Below, in pieces: positions 12,380-24,900 of a stretch of 64,000 nucleotides of DNA; the first letter of the stretch is position 1; each line of letters opens with the position of its first letter. Source of the DNA: Octopus sinensis (taxonomy: Eukaryota); NCBI RefSeq assembly GCF_006345805.1, contig NC_042999.1, positions 57,660,001 through 57,724,000 on the forward strand. Direction: 5' to 3'. The position numbers and the translations under genes are program-made. The notes beneath the pieces are model-generated. The model searched no databases, was not told where the DNA came from, and was given only the letters and a program-made list of their open reading frames with translations.

Positions 12380-12593
12380 CAGTAATCCATCGCCATTATC
12401 GCGATTTATTATTTAAGCTTACGTCGATTCCTCCGTGGTGTTGCTTTGCATTTGTAATATAATAAATAGACACAAATTATAGAAATAGCTAAAAGAAAAT
12501 CTACGGTACAGTACTGTTTCTACTTCGCGGATTATTACATATCGCGAGGTGATGGGGTTGGAAGTTACGCCCGCGTTAATCGAGGGATTGCTG
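12380..12593. mobile_element. Small MITE with ~25-bp imperfect TIRs (Tigger/pogo-like ends)
   Basis: Left end cagtaatccatcgccattatcgcg pairs imperfectly with right end cgcgttaatcgagggattgctg. Confidence 0.55.
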
Positions 12594-12609
12594 TTTTTAT
12601 TTTATTTTC

Positions 12610-13275
<666 letters not shown>

Positions 13276-13400
13276 GTGAGAATTTACAAAAAATAAAAAG
13301 ACGAAGACAGGTGTGTAAAGGACAAACAGATATATTAGTTTAACGCTCGAGAGTGAGAGAATCTTTTACGTTTCGAGCCTACGCTCTTCGACAGAAAGGA
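13276..13400 (+). mobile_element. Short interspersed repeat abutting (TA)n, Penelope-terminus-like
   Basis: Same family as the inverted copy at 62285-62420 (gacgaagacaggtg...acgtttcgagcctacgctcttc). The Penelope link is from motif resemblance only. Confidence 0.55.
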
Positions 13401-14111
13401 AGCACGAAGAGAAAATAGAAAAGGTATAGTGAAACACGTTCATACACGTTCACACACGCACAACATTTCGTTTTTTTTTTTTCCTAACTGGAATAATTGT
13501 CAGTTCCGCTTTTTTTACTCTGAATAATATTATTCTCGTCACCTCAGTTCCTTTCCAGAATTCGGTGGATTCGGTCATTGGAGACTTGGTGCTTTGAACA
13601 TAGACAGAACACTGTGCCATCTATAAATCCCGATCCTCACTTTCGTGGTTGTCTCTCTATTATCATACGTAAAAAAAAAAATACCTTGGATAGTTTCTGG
13701 CGTGTATCAATTATCTCCCTTCGACTGGATTTCTGCTATCTTCCAGTCAGATCTGATCAGTAGCGTTCCAGCCGCAGCAAACCCCTTTCATACAACGCTG
13801 TTTAGCTTTAGACTAGCTGACCTGTTGAGTAAAAATAAAAATAAGCGTTTCAAACGTGACCAGTGTTGTTTTCGTTTATGGTGACTGTATAGTGTGATGT
13901 TATTTTTTCTTTTTTTGCTGACCGAATAGTGAATAGTTTCCTTCTTCATTCAAACTTTCTCAGTAATCCGAAAAGTCTCACTGTTGAGAGGATATTGTTT
14001 TGTCTGATTAAGAATATTGACATTTGAATCCCTGAAATACAATTACCAGACAACTAAGTGAACAAGAAAATAATCGAATTAACCCATTGCCTAGCGAGGA
14101 GTGAAGAACAA

Positions 14112-14468
14112 TAACTCTGAGCACCTTTTCAAACTCCACCTGTCTAATTTTACAAAGTCAGAAAACAGCACAGCTCCCATGACTTTCGGAAACATTATTT
14201 CACGCTAAGAGTTGCTGAAGCATGGAACAAACTGCCGGCATCAGTTGTTAGTTGTCGGAGCACTGCATCCTTCAAAACGTCCATGCTTCCTAAGATTCAC
14301 CAACACTACAACTGATTTTCTCCCCTCCATACACACAATGAAGCATGTATCTGATTCATACACTGTTCACTTCCCAGACATTTGTACGTTACTGCATATG
14401 CTTTATACACACTTTTGACAAGTTGTGGGGCACCTGAGCACTGTATACAATAATTTCATTATTATTAT
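14112..14468 (+). mobile_element. CR1-group LINE 3' end
   Basis: Reverse complement of the 5295 and 11755 copies, ending gtatacaataatttcattattattatt. Confidence 0.88.
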
Positions 14469-15212
14469 TTTAAAGCAACTCCGACTACTCACTTTACAAA
14501 ACAATATAAGTCAGATACTGAGCTGCAAACTGTAGATAGTATGTGTAGTGGACAAACAAATAATAAGCCAGAATTTCCAATCTTCACCTTCACGAGACAA
14601 ATATAAATAGAGAACACAGAGTGCTGCATATTTAACTAATAAAGTGGCAGCAGTCCTGTAAAAATTAAGTGTTATTTTAAAGCCCCATTGCAGATTTTAT
14701 TCACCAGACCTATGATAAATGTTGTTTCGGCCATGAACGTCTTGCATTATTATTATTTCTTTTTTTCTTTCAGGCAATTTATCTAGAACTTTATTATTTA
14801 ATATGTGTGTGTGTGTGGAGGGGGCGTGCACATGTGTATGTATATACGTATGAATGTATGCATGCATGTATATATATATATATATATATATAAAAGTAGT
14901 TTTAGAGACAGAACCACCCTCAACTCAATCACCATTGAAAGATATTATACCCGACCAAGCCATAAAATATTAAATATGATACTTACTATATCTAATCAGA
15001 ATCCCATTTCCATTTTAAAGACAACATGTATTTCATGACAGTATGTCGATATTGTTGAGATATAAGGTCTCTAATTTCAATACTCAATTAGATCGACGTA
15101 CTCCCAATCTTCAGGTCTGGGTGGTTCTGCCTCTAAAACTACTTTTATATATATGAATAAAGTATTGAGAGAAGTTAACCTTAATACCTTTAATTTGACT
15201 GTCTTATTCCTG

Positions 15213-15383
15213 ATATATATATATATATATATATATGAGGTCAGCTGTATAGAGAAGAATGGTCACAAAAAGTGGATGGAACTTGCAGAAGAGGCAGAAC
15301 CTGGAAGACATGGAGTAAGGTAGTGAAGGCTGATCTCTGGACCTTGAACCTCATAAGGAAAATAACAAGGGACAAAGATGGAT

Positions 15384-15419
<36 letters not shown>

Positions 15420-15562
15420 GTCAGCTGTATAGAGAAGAATGGTCACAAAAAGTGGATGGAACTTGCAGAAGAGGCAGAACCTGGAAGACATGGAGTAAGG
15501 TAGTGAAGGCTGATCTCTGGACCTTGAACCTCATAAGGAAAATAACAAGGACAAAGATGGAT

Positions 15563-15610
<48 letters not shown>

Positions 15611-15758
15611 GTCAGCTGTATAGAGAAGAATGGTCATGAAAAATGGATGGAACTTGCAGAAGAGGCAGAACCTGGAAGACATGGAGTAAGGTGGTGAAGG
15701 CTGATCTCTGGACCTTGAACCTCATGAGGAAAATAACAAGGGACAAAGATGGATGGCA
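15213..15758 (+). repeat. Three tandem ~151-bp RTE-3'-end units separated by (TA)n
   Basis: Units at 15237-15387, 15417-15566 and 15608-15758. They translate to RGRTWKTWSKVVKADLWTLNL, matching the RTE RGRP.KTW..V..DL motif. Confidence 0.9.
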
Positions 15759-16049
15759 GTATGTCCACATAAGTAAACTTTAGTTCCACTAGCCCAGTTT
15801 CTTTCCTCTTCAAGATGCCCACCACCATCATCTCTCTAACAGCAGTTCTTCCTTGATTCCACTTTTCTCACTATCTAGAATTGCCTCACTCCCATCATCA
15901 CCCATTAATACTGCTCTCCACTCATACCTTTCATTGATCACCCAGCCATCTCCACTGTGCTGCCAGAGTACCTCTCATCTCACACCACCCTCTTCAGTGA
16001 TTTTGATCATATTCTTTTGTTCATTTGTTTGTTTGTCATTTGTCTGCAG

Positions 16050-16831
16050 CCATGCTGGAGCACTGCCCTTAGTCGAACAAATCGACCCCAGGACTTATTC
16101 TTTGTAAGCCTAGTATTTATTCCATCAGTTCCTTTTGCCAAACTGCTAAGTTACGGGGATGTAAACACACCAACATGAGCTGTCAAGTGATGGTGGAAGG
16201 ATAAACACAGACACAAACATATATATATATATACACACACACATATACATATACACACACACATACACATATACATATACAAAATCAAAATCAAATCAGA
16301 TATCAGAAAGCAGAACCAAAATCGAAGTCGATCAACATCAATGGAAATTGTGGCTGTGATACCAGTGCCGGTAACAAGTAAGCGAACCATCTGATTGTGG
16401 CAGTTGCCAGCGCCGCCCCGACTGGCCTCCATACCGATGACACGTAAAAAGCACCATCCGTTCGTGGCCGTTGCCAGCGCCGCCCTGACTGGCCTCCGTG
16501 CCGGTGGCACATAAAAGCACCATCCGTTCGTGTCCGTTGCCAGCCTCGCCTGGCCCCTGTGCTGGTGGCACGTAAAAGCACCATCCGTTTGTGGCCGTTT
16601 GCCAGCTCCGTCTGGCACCTGTGTGGGTGGCACGTAAAAAGCACCCACTACACTCGTGGAGTGGTTGGCATTAGGAAGGGCATCCAGCCGTAGAAACACT
16701 GCCAGATCAGACTGGACCTGATGCAGCCTTCTGGCTTCACAGACCCCAGTTGAACCGTCCAACCCATGGTAGCATGGAAAATGGACGCTAAATGATGATG
16801 ATGATGATGATGATGATATATATATATATAT

Positions 16832-16879
<48 letters not shown>

Positions 16880-16905
16880 CATCTATCTATCTATCTATCT
16901 ATCTA

Positions 16906-16947
<42 letters not shown>

Positions 16948-17111
16948 CACACACACACACACAATGTACTTCTTTCAGATTCCGTCTACCAAATCCACTC
17001 AGAAGACTTTGGTCAGCCCAAGGTTATAGTAGAAGACACTTGCCCAAGGTGCCATGCAGTGAGACTGAACCTGGGACCATGTAGCTGGTAAGCAAGCTAC
17101 TTACCACACAG
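16050..17111 (-). mobile_element. Family A SINE interrupted by a nested element
   Basis: The tail half (16050-16210) and head half (16960-17111) flank the insert and microsatellites. Confidence 0.8.
16278..16815 (+). mobile_element. RTE-tailed SINE-like element (family C) with ~4 internal ~60-bp repeats and (GAT)n tail
   Basis: Repeated ggtggcacgtaaaagcaccatccgtt units; 3' end acccatggtagcatggaaaatggacgctaaatgatgatgat. Confidence 0.8.
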
Positions 17112-17512
17112 TTTATCGTCTATCTTTTACTTGTTTCAGTCATTGGACTGTGACTATGCTGGGGCACCACCTTGAAGGGTTTACTCAAACAAATTGACCC
17201 CAATACTTAAATTTTTTTAATTCTTTTATCTCTTTTCTTGAAATGCTAAGTTATGGGAATGTAAACAAACCAACACTCGTTGCCAAGTGGGAGTGTGGCA
17301 CTCAAATACATACATATGTTAATTGAAGTGTACAATATTATATATATCCATTACGGCCAATCTTACCAATTGGTTTCACACTAGGAGTTCAACAGAGTGT
17401 TAGGTAACAGCTCAATTATGTAACCCTTTGCTCTTCAGGGATTTCAGAGCTTCTGCTCAGTTTTCACCTACTAAATTCAGTCACAAGATTTTGTAAGTTT
17501 TGTTGCAGGAGA

Positions 17513-17741
17513 TTAACTCTTTAGCATTCAGATTATTCTGTCAAATGTGATGTTTATTTATTCAAATTGTTTTGAATTAAGCATGCATTATATTGTAGCA
17601 TTGAGATTTTGATGATGTGATAGTTTATTTTTAGAATTAAATTACAAAATAGGTGTAAAGGGGCCAGATCAGGTCAGTTTCACCATAAAACTAGTAGAAT
17701 ATTTGGAATGGATAATGCAGGTTTAAATGCATAAGGGCTAA
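17513..17741. mobile_element. MITE with ttaaccctttagc-type ends (piggyBac-like TTAA termini)
   Basis: Homologous to 34560-34783 (inverted) and 50349-51027 (interrupted). Confidence 0.7.
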
Positions 17742-17789
17742 GAAGAGTCAAACTCCAAATGAAGTATGCTTTCTTTCTTTAATTTCTTT

Positions 17790-18290
17790 ATGCCTTTAAC
17801 CCTCCAACATGGAGTATAGGTCACTTATAGTTGAATTCCATGTCGCATAATTTTTGGCTTCTGTACTTATACTCTGCCATGAATGTCCCCCTTTCTCTAG
17901 TTCCTTCTGTGTTGATCTCCGCCACGAGTTCTTAGGCCTACCTTTCTTTCTATATCCATCCAGTTTCCACTTTTTGCTACATCTGCTGTTTCTTTTCTAA
18001 TTGTGCTACTAATCCACTTCCACGTTTTTTTAAATATTTGCTACCTAATCGAAACTTGATTTGTTCTTTGCCATAGTGTTCGGGCCATCTAATTTTAAGT
18101 ATACTACGCAAGCATCTGTTGAGGAATGATTGTATTTGTTTATTTGACTTAACTGTTGTTCACCATGTCTCAGCCCCATACAATAACACCGCTTTTACGT
18201 TAGTGTTAAAAATTCGTATTTTGTCTTAGAAGCTTAGAAGCTCCTTGTTCAAGGAAGTTGTACATTCCTTGCAGATGATGACAGGATATG
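17790..18290 (-). mobile_element. Degenerate RTE LINE 3' region
   Basis: Minus strand encodes AVLLYGAETW at ~18160-18192; downstream sequence is RTE-like. Confidence 0.7.
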
Positions 18291-18634
18291 TGTAAGTGTG
18301 TCATTTGTTATTGGTATTGTGGTGGTGCTTTACCTCCAAGTGAATTCGGATTGAATAGACTTACAATCGATGATGCGCCATTCACAGTTAAGTAAAATAC
18401 CCAGAACAACACTGTTCAGTATTTTAAAATGGTAGAGTGCGATGTGAGGAAGATTTGATCTTTATTTCTAGCAAGCTAAGCAACCATTTTGAGCACGGTT
18501 CAAAACCACCATGTGATGGACCAGTATCAAGCCATGGATCATTTGGTGCTGAGCTGCACAGACAGAACAAATTTTAAAATTTTATTGACTATCCCAGTCT
18601 GTAGGGTGTTTTGCATTATATAAGTAATACCAGC

Positions 18635-19030
18635 ATTCATCATCATTTCATTTAGTGTTTACTTTCCATGGTGGCATAGGTTAGACAATTTGACTAAAAC
18701 TGGGAAGCTGGATGGCTACACCAAGCTCCAGTCTGATTTGGCATGGTTTCTACAACGGGAAGCCCTTCCTAATGCCAACCACTCCAAAAGTGTAGTGAGT
18801 GCTTTTTACATGCCACTGGCAAAAGTGCCAGTTATGTGACACTGGCGTTGGCCACAACTACAGTTTTGCTTAGCTTAATAAGACTTTTCAAGTATGGCAT
18901 ATCACCAAATGTCTTGGTCACTTATTACCTCCACGAGGCCCAATGTTTGAAGGGTGCTTTTCATGTAACACCAACACAGATGCCTGCTTTGTGACATTGG
19001 TATCAGCCATGACTACAATTTCATTTGGCT
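18635..19030 (-). mobile_element. Family C element, CpG-decayed
   Basis: catcatcatttcatttagtgtttactttccatgg tail and ccttcctaatgccaaccact core. Further copies at 19615-19835(+), 37930-38310(+), 39530-39850(-), 51790-52090(-), 57940-58050(-) and 58570-58935(+). Confidence 0.75.
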
Positions 19031-19259
19031 TGGTGGGTCTTCTCGTGTAATAATTGATTTATATATTTGCATTTTATTGTGTTTTGTTATACATGTAATC
19101 CCTTGGTCCCTGGAAAAATCATCTTGCATAAAATTTGCCTGTGGTGCAAAAAAAGGTAGGAGATTGTTGATTTAGTGGCATCCCTTATCAGTTTCAGATG
19201 TGCCTGCTATGTAAAATTGTATGCAATCAGAGGTGGATGAAAGAAAAATGTTAAAAGAA

Positions 19260-19612
19260 GTCAGTAAGCTAGCAGAATTGTTAGCATGCTGGGAAAAATG
19301 CTTGCTGGCATTTCATCCGTCTTTACATTCTGAGTTCAAATTCTGCCAAGGCCGACTTAACCTTTCATTCTGTTGTGAGTCAATAAAATAAGTACAAGTT
19401 GAGCATCCCCACCCCCAAAATAACTGGCCTTATATGCCAAAATTTGGAAACCAATGTAATATAAGATGGTGAGCTGGCAGAATTGCTAGCATGCTGGATG
19501 GAATACTTAACAGCATTTCATCTGTCTTTACATTCTGAGTTCAAATTCTGCCAATGTCTGAAGGGTGCCTTTCATCCTTTTGGGGTCGATAAAATAAGCA
19601 TCAGTCGAACAT
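19260..19612 (+). mobile_element. Two tandem family B SINE copies, CpG-decayed
   Basis: Two heads, agctagcagaattgttagcatgctgg and agctggcagaattgctagcatgctgg. Other family B copies at 20405-20615(-), 24530-24740(-), 31490-31712(-), 47590-47780(-) and 54400-54620(+). Confidence 0.75.
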
Positions 19613-20059
19613 GAGAAGACTCATCAAGCTAAGCAAAAACCATAGTTGTGGCCAACACCAGTGTCACATAACTGGCACTTGTGCCGGCGACATGTAAAAG
19701 ACACCCTTACACTCTTGAAGTGGTTGGCATTAGGAAGGGCTTCCAGCTGTAGAAACCATGCCTAATCAGATTGGAATCTGGTGCAGCTCCCCAGCTTACA
19801 AGTATCAAACAAACTGTCTAACCCATGTCAGCATGGATCAACTTAGCCCCTCCCCCCAAACCTATTGGCCTTGTGCCAAGGTTTGAAATCAATATAATAT
19901 TTTAATAGAATACAGGAGGGATGAATTAATCTTGATCACACTTAAGAGACTCATCAATACATGCAGTGATGAATGATTCTGTTTGGAAGTATTCAATCCT
20001 GTTGATTTTAGTGAAATGAGGAGCCTATAAGAGGGTTAATAAATACATAAATATAAATG

Positions 20060-20295
20060 CACCCTTTTAAAGCCTAGCCAGGCTCATGGGCCCGGTTTCT
20101 ATAGTGTATGTGTTCCCCAGCTGGACAGGACACCAGTCCATCGCAGTGTTACTCATTTTAGCCAGCTGAGTGGACTGGAGCAACGTGAAATGAAATGTTT
20201 TGCTCAAGGACACATGTCACCCGGTCCAGGAATTGAAACCACAATCTTACGATCATGGTGCTGACACCCTAACCACTAAGCCATGCGCCTCCACA
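20060..20295 (-). mobile_element. tRNA-derived SINE (family D-related)
   Basis: Minus-strand head gcatggcttagtggttagggtg...ggtttcaattcctggacc...ccttgagcaaaac. Confidence 0.65.
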
Positions 20296-21605
20296 AGAGG
20301 GTTAGTAGCAAAAGGATTTTCATGCTAGATATATAAAGGTCTTACTAATTCTTTTGTTAGTTTCAGTCATTAAATGTGAAACTAACATTTCTTAGTATAT
20401 TGGCACAAATTTTGGCACAAGGCCAGTAATTTCGGGGGAGAGATAAGTCGATTATATTGACTCTAGTAATCAATCTGTACTGATTTTATCAACTCTGAAA
20501 GGGTGATAAGGTAAAGTTGACCTTGGTGGAATTTGAACTCAGAACATAAAGACGGCAAAATGCTTAGTGACATTTTGCCTGGTGTGCTAACAATTCTGCC
20601 AGCTTGTCGCCCTTATATTGATCTTTCTCAAACATTGGCCAAGCCAAGGCTACAATAGAAGACACTTGGTCAATCTGTCATGTAGTGGGAACTATATGGT
20701 TGCAAGGTAGTCATAACCATGTACATAAGTACTTGGTTATGACTGTACCCAATGCCAAGTTTCCCTAGAATTCTATGACACTTGGAGTGAAACAAAATAA
20801 AAAAATTCATTGGTGAGAAATGTATCAGCTAGATTGTATAGTAGGGTATAAATGGAAAGGTGTGTGTGTGTGTGTGGGTAGGTGTTACTTCAGTTGGGAA
20901 GTGGGATTATGAAAACTTGATAGAATACAGCAGCCAAAAAGAATCACAAGTAAAATTAGTTTAACATCAAACTAATACTTTTAGCAATAGATATATTCAA
21001 AGATTTAGTCTAAGAAGTTTATATTAGTTTTATTAGTTTGCTTTATGATATTATTGTTGTTGATAAGTGAGTTTGCTAATTCTCTCATTTGCAAACAAAG
21101 CATTAATACTTCCATAATCACGACCACAGTAAGCTGGGAATGAGCAGAAAGCAAGACAAAGAAAGACAAATAAAACCAAATTTCACACAATATCATGCAG
21201 TAAATAGTTTATTCCATAAAACTGGTTCTTAACAGAATGTGATAACTGCAACTGTTTAGTAACTGTTCGTGTGTGTGATGAGGCATTACAGCTAAAAACA
21301 TTGATGAAATCATTTTTAATTATGCTACGTCAACATCAATAAACAAGTGAAAAATGGTATGATATATGTTACAAGTTACAGTTGAACCAAATATTCAAAA
21401 ATAAAAATAAAAATGAAGGCCAGACAAACACTGAAGAAATAAATCACAATCTCATACTTTGAATGAAATATAAAAATAATCTAAACTTTTAAATTTTATT
21501 TCTTTTTAAATATTTAACTGAAATTATATATTTATGTATGCTATTAATGATGAACAAATGAGAAAAGAATACTCAATACATGTTGTAGAGGATATAATTT
21601 TAAAA

Positions 21606-21729
21606 ATTAAAACTGAAGCTGAGAGTTTGTCCTGCAACTCAAGTTTCCTGCCAGTATAATTATCAGGCCTGATGATTGCACTTGCATGAAACTCGAATCA
21701 TGAGACAAACTCTGTGCTTCAGGTTTAAT
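21606..21729. repeat. Hairpin-forming MITE-like inverted repeat (~45-bp imperfect arms)
   Basis: attaaaactgaagctgagagtttgtc...agtttcctgc pairs with gcatgaaactcgaatcatgagacaaactctgtgcttcaggtttaat. Confidence 0.7.
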
Positions 21730-21780
21730 AAAAAAAACTATATGTATGTATCTATGTATTAGCTAGATAGATAGACAGAT

Positions 21781-21917
21781 ATTATTCTTTAACAAGAATA
21801 GTGTTGACAGTGACTTCCAAGTTTCAGCCTACTAAGTCTTCCTCAGTTTGCCCAATGAAAGCTTAACAGGCCAAAACTTCAAAGTCACTGTCAACACTAT
21901 TTTTGTAAAGGAATAAT
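21781..21917. repeat. Hairpin-forming MITE-like inverted repeat (50-bp arms, 37-nt spacer)
   Basis: 21781-21830 pairs with 21868-21917 with 7 non-Watson-Crick positions. Confidence 0.85.
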
Positions 21918-24900
21918 AATATGTATTCTACAAAAGTATTGAGTAATCCTCTAGTTTATGTTAAATTGTTTCTTTAATTTTTTTATTATAACTCAGCATA
22001 AAAACAAACAATAGATCATCATCATCATCATTTAATGTCCATTTTCTCTGCTGGAATATATATTTTATATGAAGTTCTCTTTTCATTTAATCACTAGTTT
22101 TATCTTTTCCTTTGGCTATTTTTAGTTTAAATACATTAGTATATGTGTGTGTGTGTAAGGATATAACAAAGGTGAAGCTAACGACATCATGAGCCTGTTT
22201 ACAGGAAACATTCTTAAGTTATTTTCAGTGTAAACAAACTGATAGCAAGCCTAATTTTACATCCTGACAATCTCTGAACCATTTTTGCCATGTCTTGGGG
22301 ACAAATCAAGAGAAAATAACTGTCAGATACTTAACATGCTTTTATTTATTTTATTTATTTATTTTAATTTTCATTCTTCTTTACAAAAGCTTATAAGTTA
22401 GACAACAACAAAAATAATTTTTTTTAAATTACAAGCAACTCAGTAACTGACTTTTATAGAATATAATTAAATAGACTAAATTATTTACATCAGCTCAGCA
22501 AATAATATTTGTAGAATATTAATTAAACTTTAAATAATGGTTTAAACATAGTATAATACTTTTACAATGTTATTTCTTCACATAATGAACATTGACTAAA
22601 AGTTATATAGCAGTATATAATTAATTTCTTGTAAATTAAAGATAAGAGCAAACACCATTATGATTAATTAGTCTTTCAACTCAAATATTTAAGGACAAAG
22701 AATTTCTCTTTTGATCTTTTTTATAATTTTTTTCTTTTCTTTTTTTTTGTAACAAATGGCTGTCTGTAGCATTATCTGTTCTGATGAAGTTAGTGGCAAG
22801 CCAGCAGTGAAGTCTTCTACTTGGAACTGAACAGAAGATCTCTAGCAGTGCATTCTACATTAGACAACAAAGTCTAAAAAGGGTTTTAACTATTATTTTC
22901 TTTTTGTTCTACTTACTCAGGATCTATTCCAATAGATAAATCAAGAGTAACAGGAATTTATTAAGACTGCATTTGGGAAATTACATTACAAGAATTAAGT
23001 AACTTCTCAAAGCTAAAGGAATTAAAATAAGCAGAGTTTTGATTTAAGAAAAAAAGAACTCAACATTAACTGGACTAAAATCTAAGGAATATTTTTCAAA
23101 TTATGTTCTGGTTTGTCCAAAGAAAGGTCATGATTTTCTGATTTCATTAAATATGAAATTGCATTCTTTTTATTTATTTCTTTATAATAAACAATTGTTT
23201 TCTTAACTTGAAAACTGTTGAAATTATTACAATTTTCATTAAATACTAATAATGAATTGGCCATCATCTAGAATGGAACAGAGATTTCGGAGAGAACAAT
23301 CTGTGTGCCATTCCCCGATGAAGTATTTATGTCAATCAAAACAAACAGTGGGGAGAAAACGACCCATTGTTTGTTTCAAAAAGTAAAAAAATAACTTAAA
23401 ACAACCCAATGAGAATTTGAGGGTTTATGAACGAAGGATCACAGGTTTCCAGGGATTCAACCAGTGCTCCAAAGAGTATTAACCAAATCATATTAGTACC
23501 ACACTAACAAATAGAAAGACCATTTTCTCTAGATCCCAAACATACTTTAGAACAACTGAATTGCTAAGTGACATGTGACTATTACTCAGATTTTCAAAAT
23601 GCACAGATAGCCAAATGATTTTTATCAGGTTTTACATGCTAAGAGATACAGTTACATCACATTACAATACACACACACATGCATTTGTATGTATGTATGT
23701 ATACACAATGGTATTCATATTCTACCTTAAATACAGGGGTGAGCTGGTCAAAATATAAATTTAAATAGAAACTAAATAGCTACAATTAACACAATAATAA
23801 AAAAAAACAATGTTAATAGTCTAAGACACAGTTAAAGGTCTCACAAAAATATGTGCAAGTTTTAAGTGGCAAGAATTGTAAAGAAAATGTTAAAGCTTAC
23901 AGGAATTGTGTTGCCAAAGATAAACAGGGTGTAAAAGCAAAAAATTAAAATATCACAGAAGCAAATCCATTAATATTAAAACAGGTTACAATTACTATAT
24001 ACACATTAAATAAACCAAAAAATAATAAAATTCTACAATAGCATATTTGAAAATCTTTAACAACATATCATTTTATGTATAAATTTCACTCTGTTTAGAT
24101 ATTTCTTCATGTTTATAAACCAAGAGAAAGATAAAATAAGACGCTGCAGTCAAGAAATGAAGTGTTATTTTTAAAGCAATATCTAAGTGGTTTGTTTTGG
24201 CTGAATTACACCCATTAAACAAGTAGATTCACTTGAACTATTTCCTGTATTTTTATTATTTCAGTAAAGATATTATATTGTTTGTGAAAGATAGTAAAAC
24301 AGCGCAGGTTTTTCAGTAAAGTTAAGTCTGTTTCTTCAATCTTCTCCCCTTTTGTTTTCTGGATTAAGGAAGATCAAATGAAGAGTCAAAGCTATTAGAC
24401 AACTTCAAATTGGAAACAACTTGAAATGCCATAACAGAAGTTGTAGATAAATGAGACATTATCTAATCCTTTTTATCCACTATATACTAGACTTTGTATA
24501 TCTTTAAGTCATGTATAATAATAATCCTTTCAACTAAAGGCACAAGGCCAGAAATTTTGGGGGAGGGGACTAATTGATTATATCAACTCCAGTGTTCAAC
24601 TGGTACTTATCTTATTGACTCCCAACAGGATGAAAGGCAAAGTTGATATGGGTGGAATTTGAACTCAGAACGTAAAGACAGATGAAATGCCACTAAGCAT
24701 TTTGCCCAATATGCTAACAATTCTACCAATTTGCCTCTTAATAATAATGAATAGGATATTCAACAATAATACTTATTAGTTAACTTAAAAAAGGGACTAC
24801 TGAACATCTGGTAGTGGACTATATAAGAGGTGACTCATCACTAAAATAGACATTACATATTCAGATATGAACATATCAGTGTAAGACTCACATATGATAT

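Noticed and set aside
13545-13560. KGTE peptide resembling the MsrB EKGTE motif
   Set aside because: It lies downstream of the MsrB terminal exon on the same strand and the surrounding residues do not match; a 4-aa coincidence.
15213-16700. Regularly spaced repeats superficially like a CRISPR array
   Set aside because: The context is eukaryotic, the units are LINE/SINE-derived, the spacers are (TA)n or near-identical, and there are no cas genes.
22750-24450. Several acceptor-plus-open-frame candidates on both strands (22826, 23267, 24358)
   Set aside because: They could not be chained into a coherent gene and occur on both strands at a rate compatible with chance; they are covered only collectively in the unassigned-domain finding.
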